DNA of 64,000 bases from an uncultured Alphaproteobacteria bacterium (GCA_902518985.1 CABYIF010000002.1:4660-68659); one strand, 5' to 3'. Numbered from the stretch's first letter, positions 19,571-30,284 are shown. Translations and numbers: made by a program. Notes: generated by a model from the letters alone, not told the origin.

Positions 19571-21543
19571 TTTTTTTGACACCAGAACTGATACATCCCA
19601 GCAAATATTCTAGGATTGTTAGCTTCAAATTTATCCCATAGTTTAAGATTATACAAATCATTAACATCATTGTGAGTTGCTCTAAATAAATTTAATAATT
19701 CTTTATTTTCAAATCCACAAAATTTTAAATTTAGTTTATTTATATATTTTGATATTTCTGGAATTGTAAATCTATATTCTTGAATATGAAAAAGTAAGTC
19801 TCTGAAATTGCTTAAAGAATAAAAATCAGGACTTTTTTTTATTAATTCATAATCACTTTCATTTGATAGTATAATTTTTTCTCTAAAATTTTTTAAGTTT
19901 ATTTCATTTATTTTGATTTTAAGTTTTTTAATATCTAATCGAATTCGCTCAATATGTTGTCTTGCAATTTTACTATATAAACCTATCATTATTAATCCAT
20001 GTTTATTCAATACATTGTATAGTTTTTCTAGTCCGTTGTAGGGATTTTCCATATGATGTAATACACCAACACTTTCAATAATATCGTAATTTTGTCCAAT
20101 TTTTTCTATATCTAATATATCCATTTGAACAAATTCTATGTTTTTTATTTCCAATTCCTCAGCTTTTCTTTTGGCATAACTTAAACTATTGGCGCTAAGA
20201 TCAATTGCAGTAATAAATGAATTTTGAAATTTTGTTGCTGTAGTAAGTGCATGTTGACCAGTTCCACATCCTGCCACTAATACATCTATATTTTTCCAAT
20301 TTATAACTTTATCATTGTTGACTCTTAAATCTAGTTTATTAAAAAAATCTATTGGTTTATCTTTATTTTGTTTTAAAGCAATATTTTGATATCTTGGATA
20401 GGGGTTATCTTCGTACTGATCTTTTACTTTTAAAGATATTACATTTTTAATTACTTTGGATTCTAATTTTTTTCTAATATCCTTTTCTTTTTGTGGTTCT
20501 AAAATTTGAAGCTTTATCAAAATTGATATTTCTTTAACATTAGATATATTTGCAGCCCATTTGTAAATGTGCAATGGTTTATATGCAGCTATACATGTTA
20601 TTTCTAATAAAAATTCATTAGAATTTTTATTTGTCAATTCATTGCTAATAATTTCTTCGAGTTTATTTATACTTTCTTCTTCTTCGTTTGTTTTAGGATA
20701 TAAATATTCATTTAAAAAACATTGTGTAGCTATTAGACTCATTAATTGTGACGCTTTTTTTTTATTTTTTATTAAAGATATATTTAACAAAATATTAGTT
20801 CTTAAATACCTTAAGGCATTTTCAATTTGGATATCTGTAATAGGTACAATTTTTAGTAATTTAATTAGTATTTTTATATTTAAAAATTTATCAATTAATT
20901 GTTCCAATGAATATACATGCTTGTTATCCTTTAAATTTTTAATAATTAAATGAAATTTATCATCTAAATAAAGATAATTTATTAGAGGATTTATAATATC
21001 TATCGGTCTTAATATTTTATCATGTTCTAGTAAATTAATAATGTGTTTTTCTAAAATATTGGAATGTTTAGAAAATTTAAAATTTTGTAAACAAACACCA
21101 AAGTTTTGTAGTGCAATTAAATAATTAGGATTTATTTCTAAACAATGTAAATAATTTTTAATAGCTAATTCTTTTTCATTTTTATCTTTGTATATGTTGC
21201 CCAAATTATTGTAAGCTTCAAACTTTAGTGGATTAATTACTAAACATTTTTTATAATGATCAATGGCATTTTCTATTTTATTAATTTTTTTATAGACTAT
21301 TCCCAAATTATAATGACTATCTGCAAAGTTTTGATTAATTTCTAAAATTTTTTTAAAATTAATAATTGCTTCACTAAAATTTCCTATTTGATTATTTGTA
21401 TTTCCAAGAAGATTTAAAAGAAAAATAGATTTTGGAAAATATTCTTTAAGATTGTTAATTTTTTTTATTAAATTATTAAAATTATTAGAATTATAAATAT
21501 TTATTAATTCATTTCTAACTTTTAATTCAGGCTCATTGTTCAT
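19567..21543 (-). CDS. TPR-repeat / class I SAM-dependent methyltransferase fusion protein
   Basis: The N-terminal ~170 aa hold repeated TPR-like units (A..Y/F..AI..NP.. pattern). The C-terminal region has SAM motif I VLVAGCGTGQHAL and a post-I acidic residue (AIDLS). The middle ~250 aa are unassigned. Confidence 0.7.
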   Translation of the reverse strand: MNNEPELKVRNELINIYNSNNFNNLIKKINNLKEYFPKSIFLLNLLGNTNNQIGNFSEAIINFKKILEINQNFADSHYNLGIVYKKINKIENAIDHYKKCLVINPLKFEAYNNLGNIYKDKNEKELAIKNYLHCLEINPNYLIALQNFGVCLQNFKFSKHSNILEKHIINLLEHDKILRPIDIINPLINYLYLDDKFHLIIKNLKDNKHVYSLEQLIDKFLNIKILIKLLKIVPITDIQIENALRYLRTNILLNISLIKNKKKASQLMSLIATQCFLNEYLYPKTNEEEESINKLEEIISNELTNKNSNEFLLEITCIAAYKPLHIYKWAANISNVKEISILIKLQILEPQKEKDIRKKLESKVIKNVISLKVKDQYEDNPYPRYQNIALKQNKDKPIDFFNKLDLRVNNDKVINWKNIDVLVAGCGTGQHALTTATKFQNSFITAIDLSANSLSYAKRKAEELEIKNIEFVQMDILDIEKIGQNYDIIESVGVLHHMENPYNGLEKLYNVLNKHGLIMIGLYSKIARQHIERIRLDIKKLKIKINEINLKNFREKIILSNESDYELIKKSPDFYSLSNFRDLLFHIQEYRFTIPEISKYINKLNLKFCGFENKELLNLFRATHNDVNDLYNLKLWDKFEANNPRIFAGMYQFWCQKN

Positions 21544-23121
21544 TTATAACACAGACTTAATTAAATCACTTGTATAATCTGATTTTGGGTTTTTAAAAAT
21601 CTCATCAGTAGTATTTGCTTCAACTATTTTTCCTTTTTTTAAAACAATAACTTTATCTGCTATTGATTGAATTACTCTCATATTGTGGCTGATAAAAATA
21701 TAACTTAGTGATAACTCTCTTTGTAATTTATTTAATAAATCAATTATTTGATTTTGTATTGTTATATCTAAAGCGGATGTTGGCTCATCTAATATTAAAA
21801 TTTTTGGCTGCAAAATCAACGCTCTTGCTATAGCAATTCTTTGTCGTTGACCACCAGAGAATTCATGAGGATATTTGTTAATACACTCAAAATATTCCAG
21901 ACCAACTTTGCTTAAGACATCTTTAAGTTTTATTATTTTTTCATTTTTTGAAAGTTCAGGATAATGAATTTTTAATCCTTCAGAAATAATTTCTTCAACG
22001 TTCATTCTTGGACTTAGAGATGAAAATGGATCTTGAAAAACAATTTGAATTTCTTTTCTTAATATTAAAATTTGATTTTTGTTAAATAATTTAATATCTT
22101 TATTATTTATTAATATTTTACCTTTTGATTGAATTAACTTTAATATAGCTAAAATAAGTGAAGTTTTTCCAGATCCTGACTCTCCAACTATTCCTAAGCT
22201 TTCTCCTTCCTTTAAAGTAAAACTAATTTTTGTCACAGCTTTAATGTGATCTATAGTTCTTTTTAGTAAACCTTTTTTTACTGGATACCAAACATCTAAA
22301 TTTTCTACTTTAAGAACTATATTTGAAGATTTATTTAAATTTATTTTTTTCTTATTTTGCGCTGATACTAATTGTTTAGTATATTCTTTTTCAGGTGTCT
22401 CAAAAATTTTTTTACTTGTTCCATTTTCTATAATTTCACCATCTTTCATAACATAAATATAATCTGCCATTTTTTTAACAACCGAAAGATCGTGACTTAT
22501 AAAAAGTAAAGTCATACCTAATTTTTTTTGAAGTTTTGATAGTAAATTTAAAATTTGCATCTGAATTGTTACGTCTAGAGCTGTAGTTGGTTCATCAGCT
22601 ATTAATAAATCAGGATTATTTGCAATACTCATTGCAATCATTGCTCTCTGTCTTTGTCCGCCAGATAATTCATACGGATATATCTTTGGTCTATCTGCTA
22701 TATCTCCTAAACCAACTTCATTTAATAATTCCAAAGTTTTATTTTTAGCTTCTTTTTTACTAATTTTATTATGAGTAAGAATTATTTCTTCAATTTGTTT
22801 ATTAATTGTATGAAGAGGATTTAAACTTGTCATTGGCTCTTGAAAAATTGTAGCAATTTTATTTCCTCTAATTTTTTGAATTTGGTCATCAGCTAATGAT
22901 AAAATATTTGTATTTTTATAGAATATTTCTCCATCAGAAATTTTTGCACTATTTGGCAAAAGTTTTAATATACTTAATGCTGATAAGGTTTTACCTGAAC
23001 CTGACTCTCCTACAATTGCAGTTGTTTTACCTTTAAATATATCTAAATTAATATTTTTGACGACTTCTTGATCTTTTTTAAAAGCAATATTTAAATTTTT
23101 TATTTTTATAATATTTTCCAT
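21544..23121 (-). CDS. yejF: ABC transporter ATP-binding protein with duplicated ATPase domains (peptide/microcin C transporter YejF type)
   Basis: It has two Walker A motifs (GESGSGKT twice), two LSGGQRQR signatures and two Walker B motifs. It lies in the yejA-B-E-F gene order. Confidence 0.8.
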   Translation of the reverse strand: MENIIKIKNLNIAFKKDQEVVKNINLDIFKGKTTAIVGESGSGKTLSALSILKLLPNSAKISDGEIFYKNTNILSLADDQIQKIRGNKIATIFQEPMTSLNPLHTINKQIEEIILTHNKISKKEAKNKTLELLNEVGLGDIADRPKIYPYELSGGQRQRAMIAMSIANNPDLLIADEPTTALDVTIQMQILNLLSKLQKKLGMTLLFISHDLSVVKKMADYIYVMKDGEIIENGTSKKIFETPEKEYTKQLVSAQNKKKINLNKSSNIVLKVENLDVWYPVKKGLLKRTIDHIKAVTKISFTLKEGESLGIVGESGSGKTSLILAILKLIQSKGKILINNKDIKLFNKNQILILRKEIQIVFQDPFSSLSPRMNVEEIISEGLKIHYPELSKNEKIIKLKDVLSKVGLEYFECINKYPHEFSGGQRQRIAIARALILQPKILILDEPTSALDITIQNQIIDLLNKLQRELSLSYIFISHNMRVIQSIADKVIVLKKGKIVEANTTDEIFKNPKSDYTSDLIKSVL

Positions 23122-23122
23122 A

Positions 23123-24148
23123 TTAACTAAATGTCTTTCTAGGATCTAAAGAGTCTCTTATTGCCTCCCCAACGAAAACGAGTAATCCTAGCATTAAGCC
23201 TAGAGTTAAAAAACTAGTTATACCAAGCCATGGTGCTTGCAAATTATTACGCCCTTGATTTACCATTTCCCCTAAAGATGCTGACCCAGGCGGCAACCCA
23301 AAACCTAAAAAATCTAATCCAGACAAAGCAGTAACTGATGCACTTAAGCTAAAAGGAAGAAAGGTAACAGTCGCAATTGTTGCGTTTGGAAGCATATGTC
23401 TTAGCATTATTCTTGTATTTGAAACACCTAAAGCTTTTGCAGCTCTGATGTAGTCAAAATTTCTAGCTCTCAAAAATTCTGCTCGAACAACACCAACATA
23501 ACCCATCCAACTGAAGAGCAGTAATATAATCAAAAGCCACCAGAAATTTGGTTGAATTACACTTGCTAGAATAATTAATACATAAAGAGTTGGAATTGCT
23601 GACCAAACTTCCATAAATCTTTGAAAGAAAAGATCGGTTTTACCACCAAAATAACCCTGTATTGCCCCTGCTGTAACCCCTATAACCATTGAAAAAAATG
23701 TTAATGTAAAACCAAACAAAACCGATATTCTAAACCCATGAATTAATCTTGATAGCACGTCTCTAGCTTGATCATCTGTGCCCAGCCAATTCTTCTTAGA
23801 GGGTCGTGATGGAGCAGGTGAATTTAGATCTCTAATAATAGTGTTATATGAGTAGGGTATAATTGGCATTATCATCCAACCTTTTTCACTTATAAGATTT
23901 TGGACAAATGGATCTTTGTAATCAGCTTCAGTTTTAAAATCTCCACCAAATGTTGTTTCTGAATAATATGAAAATATAGGATAATAATAATTTGAATTAT
24001 ATTTTACAAGCAATGGTTTTTCATTGGCAATAAAATCTGCAAATAATGAAATAATAAATAGAAATGAAAAAATCCAAAAAGAATAATATCCTCTTTTGTT
24101 TTTTCTAAAATTATTAAGTCTTCTTTGATTAAGTTTGGATAAATGCAT
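23123..24148 (-). CDS. yejE: ABC transporter permease (YejE type)
   Basis: BPD_transp_1 permease with the EAA-like loop (AAKALGVSNTRIMLRHMLPN). It is in an operon with yejB and yejF. Confidence 0.8.
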   Translation of the reverse strand: MHLSKLNQRRLNNFRKNKRGYYSFWIFSFLFIISLFADFIANEKPLLVKYNSNYYYPIFSYYSETTFGGDFKTEADYKDPFVQNLISEKGWMIMPIIPYSYNTIIRDLNSPAPSRPSKKNWLGTDDQARDVLSRLIHGFRISVLFGFTLTFFSMVIGVTAGAIQGYFGGKTDLFFQRFMEVWSAIPTLYVLIILASVIQPNFWWLLIILLLFSWMGYVGVVRAEFLRARNFDYIRAAKALGVSNTRIMLRHMLPNATIATVTFLPFSLSASVTALSGLDFLGFGLPPGSASLGEMVNQGRNNLQAPWLGITSFLTLGLMLGLLVFVGEAIRDSLDPRKTFS

Positions 24149-24150
24149 AT

Positions 24151-25248
24151 TTATCTCGACTCAAAATCAATTCTCGGGTCAATTATAGAATACATAAAAT
24201 CACCAATGATTCCCATTATCAATCCCAATAATGAAAAGAAATAAAGAGTAGCAAAAATTACAGGATAATCTCTAGTAAGTGCAGCTTCATAACCAAGTAA
24301 TCCTAAACCATCTAATGAAAATATTACCTCAATAAATAGAGAACTTGAAAAAAGTATTCCAATAAAAGCCGATGGAAATCCAGCAATAACAATTAACATA
24401 GCATTTCTAAATACATGTCCGTAAAGAACTCTCTTTTCAGTTAAACCTTTTGATCTGGCGGTAATTACATATTGTTGATTTACTTGATCAAGAAATGAAT
24501 TTTTAGTTAAAAAAGTGAGTCCTGCAAAACCGCTCACTAGCATTGCTGTAAGAGGTAGAGCTAAATGCCAGAAGTAATCTAATATTTGTTGATATAAATT
24601 TAATTCTTCAAAATTTTCTGAAAATAATCCCCTAAGTGGGAAAATATCATAAAATCTTCCCCCAGCAAAAAAAACAATTAAAATTACTGCAAATAAAAAA
24701 TTTGGAATAGCGTATCCTATAGTAACAATAGAGCTAGAGATTATATCAAATCTTGAACCATCTTTAATAGCCTTACGTATTCCTAGTGGAATTGAAATTA
24801 AATATACTAGAAGTGTAGTCCATAAACCAAGAGAAATAGATACTGGCATTTTATCAAGAACCAAAGAAGTAACTTTTTGATCTCTAAAAAAACTTTCACC
24901 AAAATCAAAAGTTAAATAGTCTTTAATCATCTTAAAAAAACGTTCATGAGCAGGTCGATCCATCCCATACATTTTTTCAATTTCTTTTATAATATCTGGA
25001 TCTAATCCTTGAGCACCTCTATATTTACTATCACTTATCGCACTAGTATCATTGTTGAATTCCATTGACTCTCCTTCACCAGCACCTGAAAATCTTGCGG
25101 TTGACTCAACGGCCGTACCAGTCATTTGAGCGATCATTTGTTCAACTGGTCCTCCAGGAACAATTTGAACGATAGCAAAATTAATTAACATTATCCCAAA
25201 TAATGTAGGAATTATTAATAATAATCTTTTTATAAGGTAAGCTCCCAT
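24151..25248 (-). CDS. yejB: ABC transporter permease (YejB type)
   Basis: DppB/OppB-like N-terminus [19 protein letters not shown] and permease loop ([20 protein letters not shown]). Confidence 0.8.
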   Translation of the reverse strand: MGAYLIKRLLLIIPTLFGIMLINFAIVQIVPGGPVEQMIAQMTGTAVESTARFSGAGEGESMEFNNDTSAISDSKYRGAQGLDPDIIKEIEKMYGMDRPAHERFFKMIKDYLTFDFGESFFRDQKVTSLVLDKMPVSISLGLWTTLLVYLISIPLGIRKAIKDGSRFDIISSSIVTIGYAIPNFLFAVILIVFFAGGRFYDIFPLRGLFSENFEELNLYQQILDYFWHLALPLTAMLVSGFAGLTFLTKNSFLDQVNQQYVITARSKGLTEKRVLYGHVFRNAMLIVIAGFPSAFIGILFSSSLFIEVIFSLDGLGLLGYEAALTRDYPVIFATLYFFSLLGLIMGIIGDFMYSIIDPRIDFESR

Positions 25249-25288
25249 AATTGAGATATTTTATATTATTTATAACAAACTTTAATAA

Positions 25289-27115
25289 TTAGTTTGATGT
25301 TCTGTTTAACTGTATTTCTTCAAATTTATTTTGATTGAACCACCACGTATCAAAACCTAATGAATACTTAGGTTTAATTTGTGGTTGATCAAAAAAATTC
25401 CAATAAAGAACTCTGTAAGAAGATATATGCCACTGAGGTATTACATAGTAATTCCAAAGAAGGACTCTGTCTAAAGCTCTAGTTATGGTTATTAGTTCCA
25501 TACGATCTTTAGCATTAATTAAACTTTCTATTAATCCATCTACAGCATAATTTTTGATACCAATGACATTTCGTGAACCATTTGTATCTGCAGCATCTGA
25601 TCCCCAAAAATTTCTTTGTTCATTTCCTGGCGAAAGTGATTGTGAGAAAGTTTGAACAATCATATCAAAATCAAAAGTTTCCATTCTTTTTTGATATTGT
25701 GCAGTATCTATAGTTCTAACCACTACATCAATTCCTAATTTTTCTAGATTATCTTTAAAAGGAAAAACAATTCTTTCAAAAGCTGGTGATCTTAATAAAA
25801 TTTCAAATTTAAATAATTCTTTTGTTGAAGTGTGTATGAGTTTGCCTTCTATAAGTTCCCAACCTGCATCTTTTAAAAGTTTAGAGGCATCTTGTAATTG
25901 TGAGCGCATATAGCCTGATCCATCTGTGATTGGGTTTTTATATTCTTCAGTAAATATCTCTTTTGGCAAAAGATCATAATATGGATTTAAGAAATACAAT
26001 TCATCTTCAGAAGGTAAATTACTTGATGCTAATTCTGAATTTTCAAAAAAACTATTTGTTCTCTTATATGCGTCAAAAAATAGATTTTTATTTGACCACT
26101 CAAAATCAAATGCAAAAGAAATTGCTTTTCTTACTCTTCTATCTTTAAATTTCTCTTTCCTAATATTGAAAGCAAATCCCTGCATTCCTTGAGGATTTTC
26201 GTGATCTATCAGTTCTTTTTTAATTAAATTTTCTTTTACTGCAGATATATCGTATGAAGTTGCCCATTCTTTGGAAGAATTTTCACTAAAAAAATCAATT
26301 TCCCCCGATTTAAAGGCCTCTCTTTCTATTCCTCTATCCTTATAATAATCATATCTAATAGTGGCAAAATTATCTTTACCAACTTTTATTGGTGTATTGT
26401 CTTTAAATCCCCAATAATTTTCATTCAACTCATAGGTAACTGATCTGCCACTATCAAATGATTTAATTATATAGGGCCCACTTCCTAGAGGAATATCAAG
26501 GGTTGTTTCATCGAAACTTTTATCTTTCCAATAATGTTTTGGTAGTACTGGTAATTGACCAACAATTAAAACAAGTTCTTTATTTGTATTTGTTTTAAAA
26601 TTAAACCTTACTTTATTTTCAGCCTCTTTTATAACTTCTTTAACATCACTATAATAATATTTATAAAAAGGGTGGCCTTTTTCCATCAGTGTATTAAAAG
26701 TCCAAATAACATCTTCAGGGGTTATTTTTTTTCCATCATGCCATTTTGCCTCTTCCCTCATAACAAATGATACCCAAGATCTATCATCTGGCCATTCAAT
26801 TGTTTTTGCAAGAAGTCCGTACTCAGTAAATGCTTCATCACTAGAACCAGTAGTTAAAGTTTCAAATAGCGCCCCAACTCCCGCGGCTGATGTACCTTTA
26901 AGAATAAAAGGATTAAATGAATCGAATGTTCCAATTGCACTTCTAACAATAGAACCACCTTTCAAGGCATCAATATCTATATATTCAACATTGAGAAAGT
27001 CTTTATCATATTTTGGTGTACCATGCATAGCAATGGCATGAGAAATGTTAGTATTAGCTTGAGAATTTAAAGAAATGAAAAATGTTATTATAATGATAAT
27101 GTTTTTGAATTTCAT
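25289..27115 (-). CDS. yejA: extracellular solute-binding protein family 5 (YejA type)
   Basis: The 608-aa protein has an N-terminal signal peptide. SBP_bac_5 features are present, and it is the first gene of the yej-type operon. Confidence 0.75.
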   Translation of the reverse strand: MKFKNIIIIITFFISLNSQANTNISHAIAMHGTPKYDKDFLNVEYIDIDALKGGSIVRSAIGTFDSFNPFILKGTSAAGVGALFETLTTGSSDEAFTEYGLLAKTIEWPDDRSWVSFVMREEAKWHDGKKITPEDVIWTFNTLMEKGHPFYKYYYSDVKEVIKEAENKVRFNFKTNTNKELVLIVGQLPVLPKHYWKDKSFDETTLDIPLGSGPYIIKSFDSGRSVTYELNENYWGFKDNTPIKVGKDNFATIRYDYYKDRGIEREAFKSGEIDFFSENSSKEWATSYDISAVKENLIKKELIDHENPQGMQGFAFNIRKEKFKDRRVRKAISFAFDFEWSNKNLFFDAYKRTNSFFENSELASSNLPSEDELYFLNPYYDLLPKEIFTEEYKNPITDGSGYMRSQLQDASKLLKDAGWELIEGKLIHTSTKELFKFEILLRSPAFERIVFPFKDNLEKLGIDVVVRTIDTAQYQKRMETFDFDMIVQTFSQSLSPGNEQRNFWGSDAADTNGSRNVIGIKNYAVDGLIESLINAKDRMELITITRALDRVLLWNYYVIPQWHISSYRVLYWNFFDQPQIKPKYSLGFDTWWFNQNKFEEIQLNRTSN

Positions 27116-27154
27116 AATTTTAGTATAATTGTATTTTAAAAAAAAAGAAATTTT

Positions 27155-27931
27155 TTATTTATTAATTAGTTCAATAATCTCATTATGCAAAACTTCAGAA
27201 CTTGATGCAACTAAACTGCCATCAGACTTTAGAGTAATCGGTTCACCGTATTTATCTGATATTTTACCCCCAGCTCCCTCAACTACATTTATTAAAGCCA
27301 TATAATCATGGGCTTTAAGTGTATCTTCAACAACTATGTCAATTAAACCACTTGCTAACATCCCGTACATATAACAATCGCCTCCCAACCTATAATATCT
27401 CGCTTTTTCTTTTATAGCCTTCCATCCTTTTCTTATTATAGGCTCATCAAAATATATACCTGAAGAAAATACATACGCATTTTTAATCTGATTAATATCA
27501 GAACAAGTTACTTCGACTTTATTACATGTTGTATTTTTATTTTTAATACCAATCCATCTTTCATTATGAGCAGGACAATTTATTATACCTAAAACAGGTT
27601 TATTATTGTGAAGTAATGATATTAAATTTCCAAAATCTTTATGACCTGCAATATAACTTCTTGTCCCATCAATAGGGTCTATTACCCATATAAACTCAGC
27701 GTCTATATTCTCATTTTCATATTCTTCACCTAAAATACCATGATTTGGGTACCTATCTCTTATTTGATTTCGAATTAATTTTTCGGTTTCTTTATCAGCA
27801 ATTGTGACTGGGCTTTCATCATCTTTATTTTCTATAGATAAATTATTTCTAAAATAATGCATTGAAGTTTTTGAAGCTGTATCAGCTAGAGAGTTAGCGA
27901 AATCAATAAATTCATTTAATTGTAATGACAT
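27155..27931 (-). CDS. inositol monophosphatase family protein (possibly histidinol-phosphatase HisN type)
   Basis: IMPase metal-binding motifs are present (GEE, WVIDPIDGT, GGDCY-type WD-like C-terminal motif). The HisN assignment is inference from alphaproteobacterial homologs. Confidence 0.7.
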   Translation of the reverse strand: MSLQLNEFIDFANSLADTASKTSMHYFRNNLSIENKDDESPVTIADKETEKLIRNQIRDRYPNHGILGEEYENENIDAEFIWVIDPIDGTRSYIAGHKDFGNLISLLHNNKPVLGIINCPAHNERWIGIKNKNTTCNKVEVTCSDINQIKNAYVFSSGIYFDEPIIRKGWKAIKEKARYYRLGGDCYMYGMLASGLIDIVVEDTLKAHDYMALINVVEGAGGKISDKYGEPITLKSDGSLVASSSEVLHNEIIELINK

Positions 27932-27941
27932 ATTTTAAAAG

Positions 27942-28487
27942 TCAAGGAAGAGGAACAGGGCTATCAGATTGCTCTCTTAAGAAGTATACTAGATCAGCCC
28001 TGTCTTTGACTTTCTTAAGTCCAGCAAAATTCATTTTTGTACCTTTAATGTACTTTTTTGGTTTATATAAAAACTCAGCTAATTCCTCGTAACCCCATTC
28101 ACCACCGTATTCTGCAAGAGCTTTAGAATAAGCAAACCCATCAACATTAGCTTTGGGACGATTAATTAGGTTCCATAATTGTGGCCCAACTTTATTTGCA
28201 CCACCTTTTTCATAGTTGTGACAGGTAGCACATTTTTTAAATAACTTTTCCCCATTTTCTATTGATGCACTTGCTAATAGTGCAGAAATTGGCTCAATAA
28301 CTTCTTCTTTCTTTATAGCAACACCATCTAAAGAAGATTCTTCTTCAACATCTATTTTGTAAGCAGTCTCTTTTTGATCATGATGTTCAATATCTATAAG
28401 TAAATCGCCAAAATGTCCGATTAAAGTAACTATTAATACAGCAAATATTATGGATGCTAGAATTTTATTAACTTCAAGACCAGACAT
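27942..28487 (-). CDS. cycM: membrane-anchored class I cytochrome c (CycM-like)
   Basis: It has an N-terminal TM helix, the heme motif CATCH and GPQLWNLINR. It lies upstream of and divergent from kdsB, as in many alphaproteobacteria. Confidence 0.75.
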   Translation of the reverse strand: MSGLEVNKILASIIFAVLIVTLIGHFGDLLIDIEHHDQKETAYKIDVEEESSLDGVAIKKEEVIEPISALLASASIENGEKLFKKCATCHNYEKGGANKVGPQLWNLINRPKANVDGFAYSKALAEYGGEWGYEELAEFLYKPKKYIKGTKMNFAGLKKVKDRADLVYFLREQSDSPVPLP

Positions 28488-28578
28488 GTATAAACATATA
28501 TACAGATATTTTAAATGAATGAATACAATTGTAATTAAAACATATTTTAAAATTAATAGCCTAATTGTCGCATAATTT

Positions 28579-29313
28579 ATGAAAAGTGTAATTATAATCC
28601 CAAGTCGAATGGCTTCATCGCGTTTACCAGGTAAGCCACTAATTAAAATTGATGGAATACCTATGATTCAAAGAGTTTGGCATCAAGCAGTATCCTCAAA
28701 TTTAGGTGATGTGTATGTAGCTTGTTGTGAAACAGAGGTATTTGATTTAATTCAAAATAATGGTGGAAATGCTATTTTTACAAATCCAAATCTTCCCTCT
28801 GGAACAGATAGAGTTTATTCAGCATTTTCACAAATAGAAAATGCATCAGATATTGATTGTATAATAAATCTTCAAGGCGATATGCCATTAATAAAACCTA
28901 ATCATATTAAAAAAGTTATTGAACCCTTAAAAAATAATTTTTTAATTGGAACGTTGGCAACTTCTCTAAGAAAAGACGAATTCACCAGCCCAAATATAAC
29001 CAAGGTATTGGTCAATTGGAAAAATAATAATATTGGTGAGGCAAAAGAGTTTTTTAGATCAAAAAATGTAAGATATGATCAAGCCTTTCATCATGTAGGA
29101 ATTTATAGTTATACAAAAGAATCATTAATGCAATTTGTAGATCTACCAAAGTCTATAAATGAAATTTCTTTAAATCTTGAGCAATACCGAGCTATGGATT
29201 CTGGAATGAGAATTGGAATAAAATTTGAGCCAGATATACCTCTAAGTATAGATACAAAAGAAGATTTAATTAGTGCTGAAAATATTATAAAAGAAATTAA
29301 TGAAAAAAATTAA
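28579..29313 (+). CDS. kdsB: 3-deoxy-manno-octulosonate cytidylyltransferase
   Basis: IIPSRMASSRLPGKPL, NLQGDMP and HVGIYSY motifs are present. Confidence 0.9.
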   Translation: MKSVIIIPSRMASSRLPGKPLIKIDGIPMIQRVWHQAVSSNLGDVYVACCETEVFDLIQNNGGNAIFTNPNLPSGTDRVYSAFSQIENASDIDCIINLQGDMPLIKPNHIKKVIEPLKNNFLIGTLATSLRKDEFTSPNITKVLVNWKNNNIGEAKEFFRSKNVRYDQAFHHVGIYSYTKESLMQFVDLPKSINEISLNLEQYRAMDSGMRIGIKFEPDIPLSIDTKEDLISAENIIKEINEKN

Positions 29314-30142
29314 TTCATTTTCTTTTCAAGGTGTAAATGGTGCTTATAGTGAACTTGCTGGTAAAAATCTTTATCCAAAAGCAGAAAGTCTTCCATGCTC
29401 AACATTTGAGGAAATGTTTGAACAAGTTCGTGTTGGTAATGCAGAAGCCGCAATGGTTCCAATTGAAAATTCTTTAGCAGGTAGAGTTGCAGACACACAA
29501 AGACTTATTCCAGAATCAGAATTAAAAATTACATCTGAATACTTTTTGGAAGTAAACCATAATTTAATTGCTATAAAAGGAACAAAGTTATCAGATATAA
29601 AAAGAATACATAGTCATGAGCAAGGTATAGCTCAATGTAGAAAAAAAATTATAAAATTAGATAAAGAAATGATTATTGAGGCAGATACTGCTGGATCAGC
29701 AAAAATGATATCAGAGTTAAACAATTCAGAGGATGCTGCCATAGCATCTGAATTAGCTGCAAAAATATATAACTTGGATATTTTAGAGTCAAATTTTCAA
29801 GATTCAAAAAATAATGTTACTAGATTTTTAATTATGCAAAAGGAATTGGTTGATATTGATGCTTCCTCAAATCATATTCTAACAACATTAGTTTTTAATG
29901 TTAGGAGTATTCCAGCAGCTCTCTATAAATGCCTCGGAGGATTTGCTAGCAATGGAGTAAATATAACAAAACTTGAGAGCTATGTTCATCCTCAAGGCTT
30001 TGATGTAGCACAATTTTATATTGATTTTGAGGGACATCCAGACAACCCATCAGTAAAGCTAGCCTTAGAAGAGATGAAGTTTTTTTGTAAACATCTAAAA
30101 ATCCTTGGTGTATATGAGAAATCAAGTTTTAGAAAAAAATAG
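29300..30142 (+). CDS. pheA: prephenate dehydratase
   Basis: It has a PDT domain (FQGVNGAYSE, TRF motif NVTRFLIM) and a C-terminal ACT domain (ESYVHP...). Confidence 0.85.
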   Translation: MKKINSFSFQGVNGAYSELAGKNLYPKAESLPCSTFEEMFEQVRVGNAEAAMVPIENSLAGRVADTQRLIPESELKITSEYFLEVNHNLIAIKGTKLSDIKRIHSHEQGIAQCRKKIIKLDKEMIIEADTAGSAKMISELNNSEDAAIASELAAKIYNLDILESNFQDSKNNVTRFLIMQKELVDIDASSNHILTTLVFNVRSIPAALYKCLGGFASNGVNITKLESYVHPQGFDVAQFYIDFEGHPDNPSVKLALEEMKFFCKHLKILGVYEKSSFRKK

Positions 30143-30196
30143 TTTAATTTAAAAACTCTAGTTAGGTTTTTTTTACATTAGTGTTATATTGGGAGA

Positions 30197-30284
30197 GGAA
30201 GGTTTGAGGGCAATCAAGTTGTCAATCCAGTCAGATCTGAAAAGAAGCAGCTGTAGCAATTTTGTTTGGGTCTTATAACCTTCC
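30197..30284 (+). ncRNA. ffs: signal recognition particle RNA (small bacterial 4.5S type)
   Basis: The conserved helix-8 core CCAGUCAGAUCU-GAAA-AGAAGCAGCU matches E. coli GGUCAGGUCC-GGAA-GGAAGCAGCC. The terminal helix GGAAGGTT (30197..30204) pairs perfectly with AACCTTCC (30277..30284). Its position upstream of dnaX is conserved. The ends are approximate. Confidence 0.8.

Noticed and set aside
20567-20953. A 128-aa plus-strand ORF antisense to the TPR-methyltransferase gene.
   Set aside because: The reasoning is the same: it is a low-complexity shadow ORF with no start-site context.
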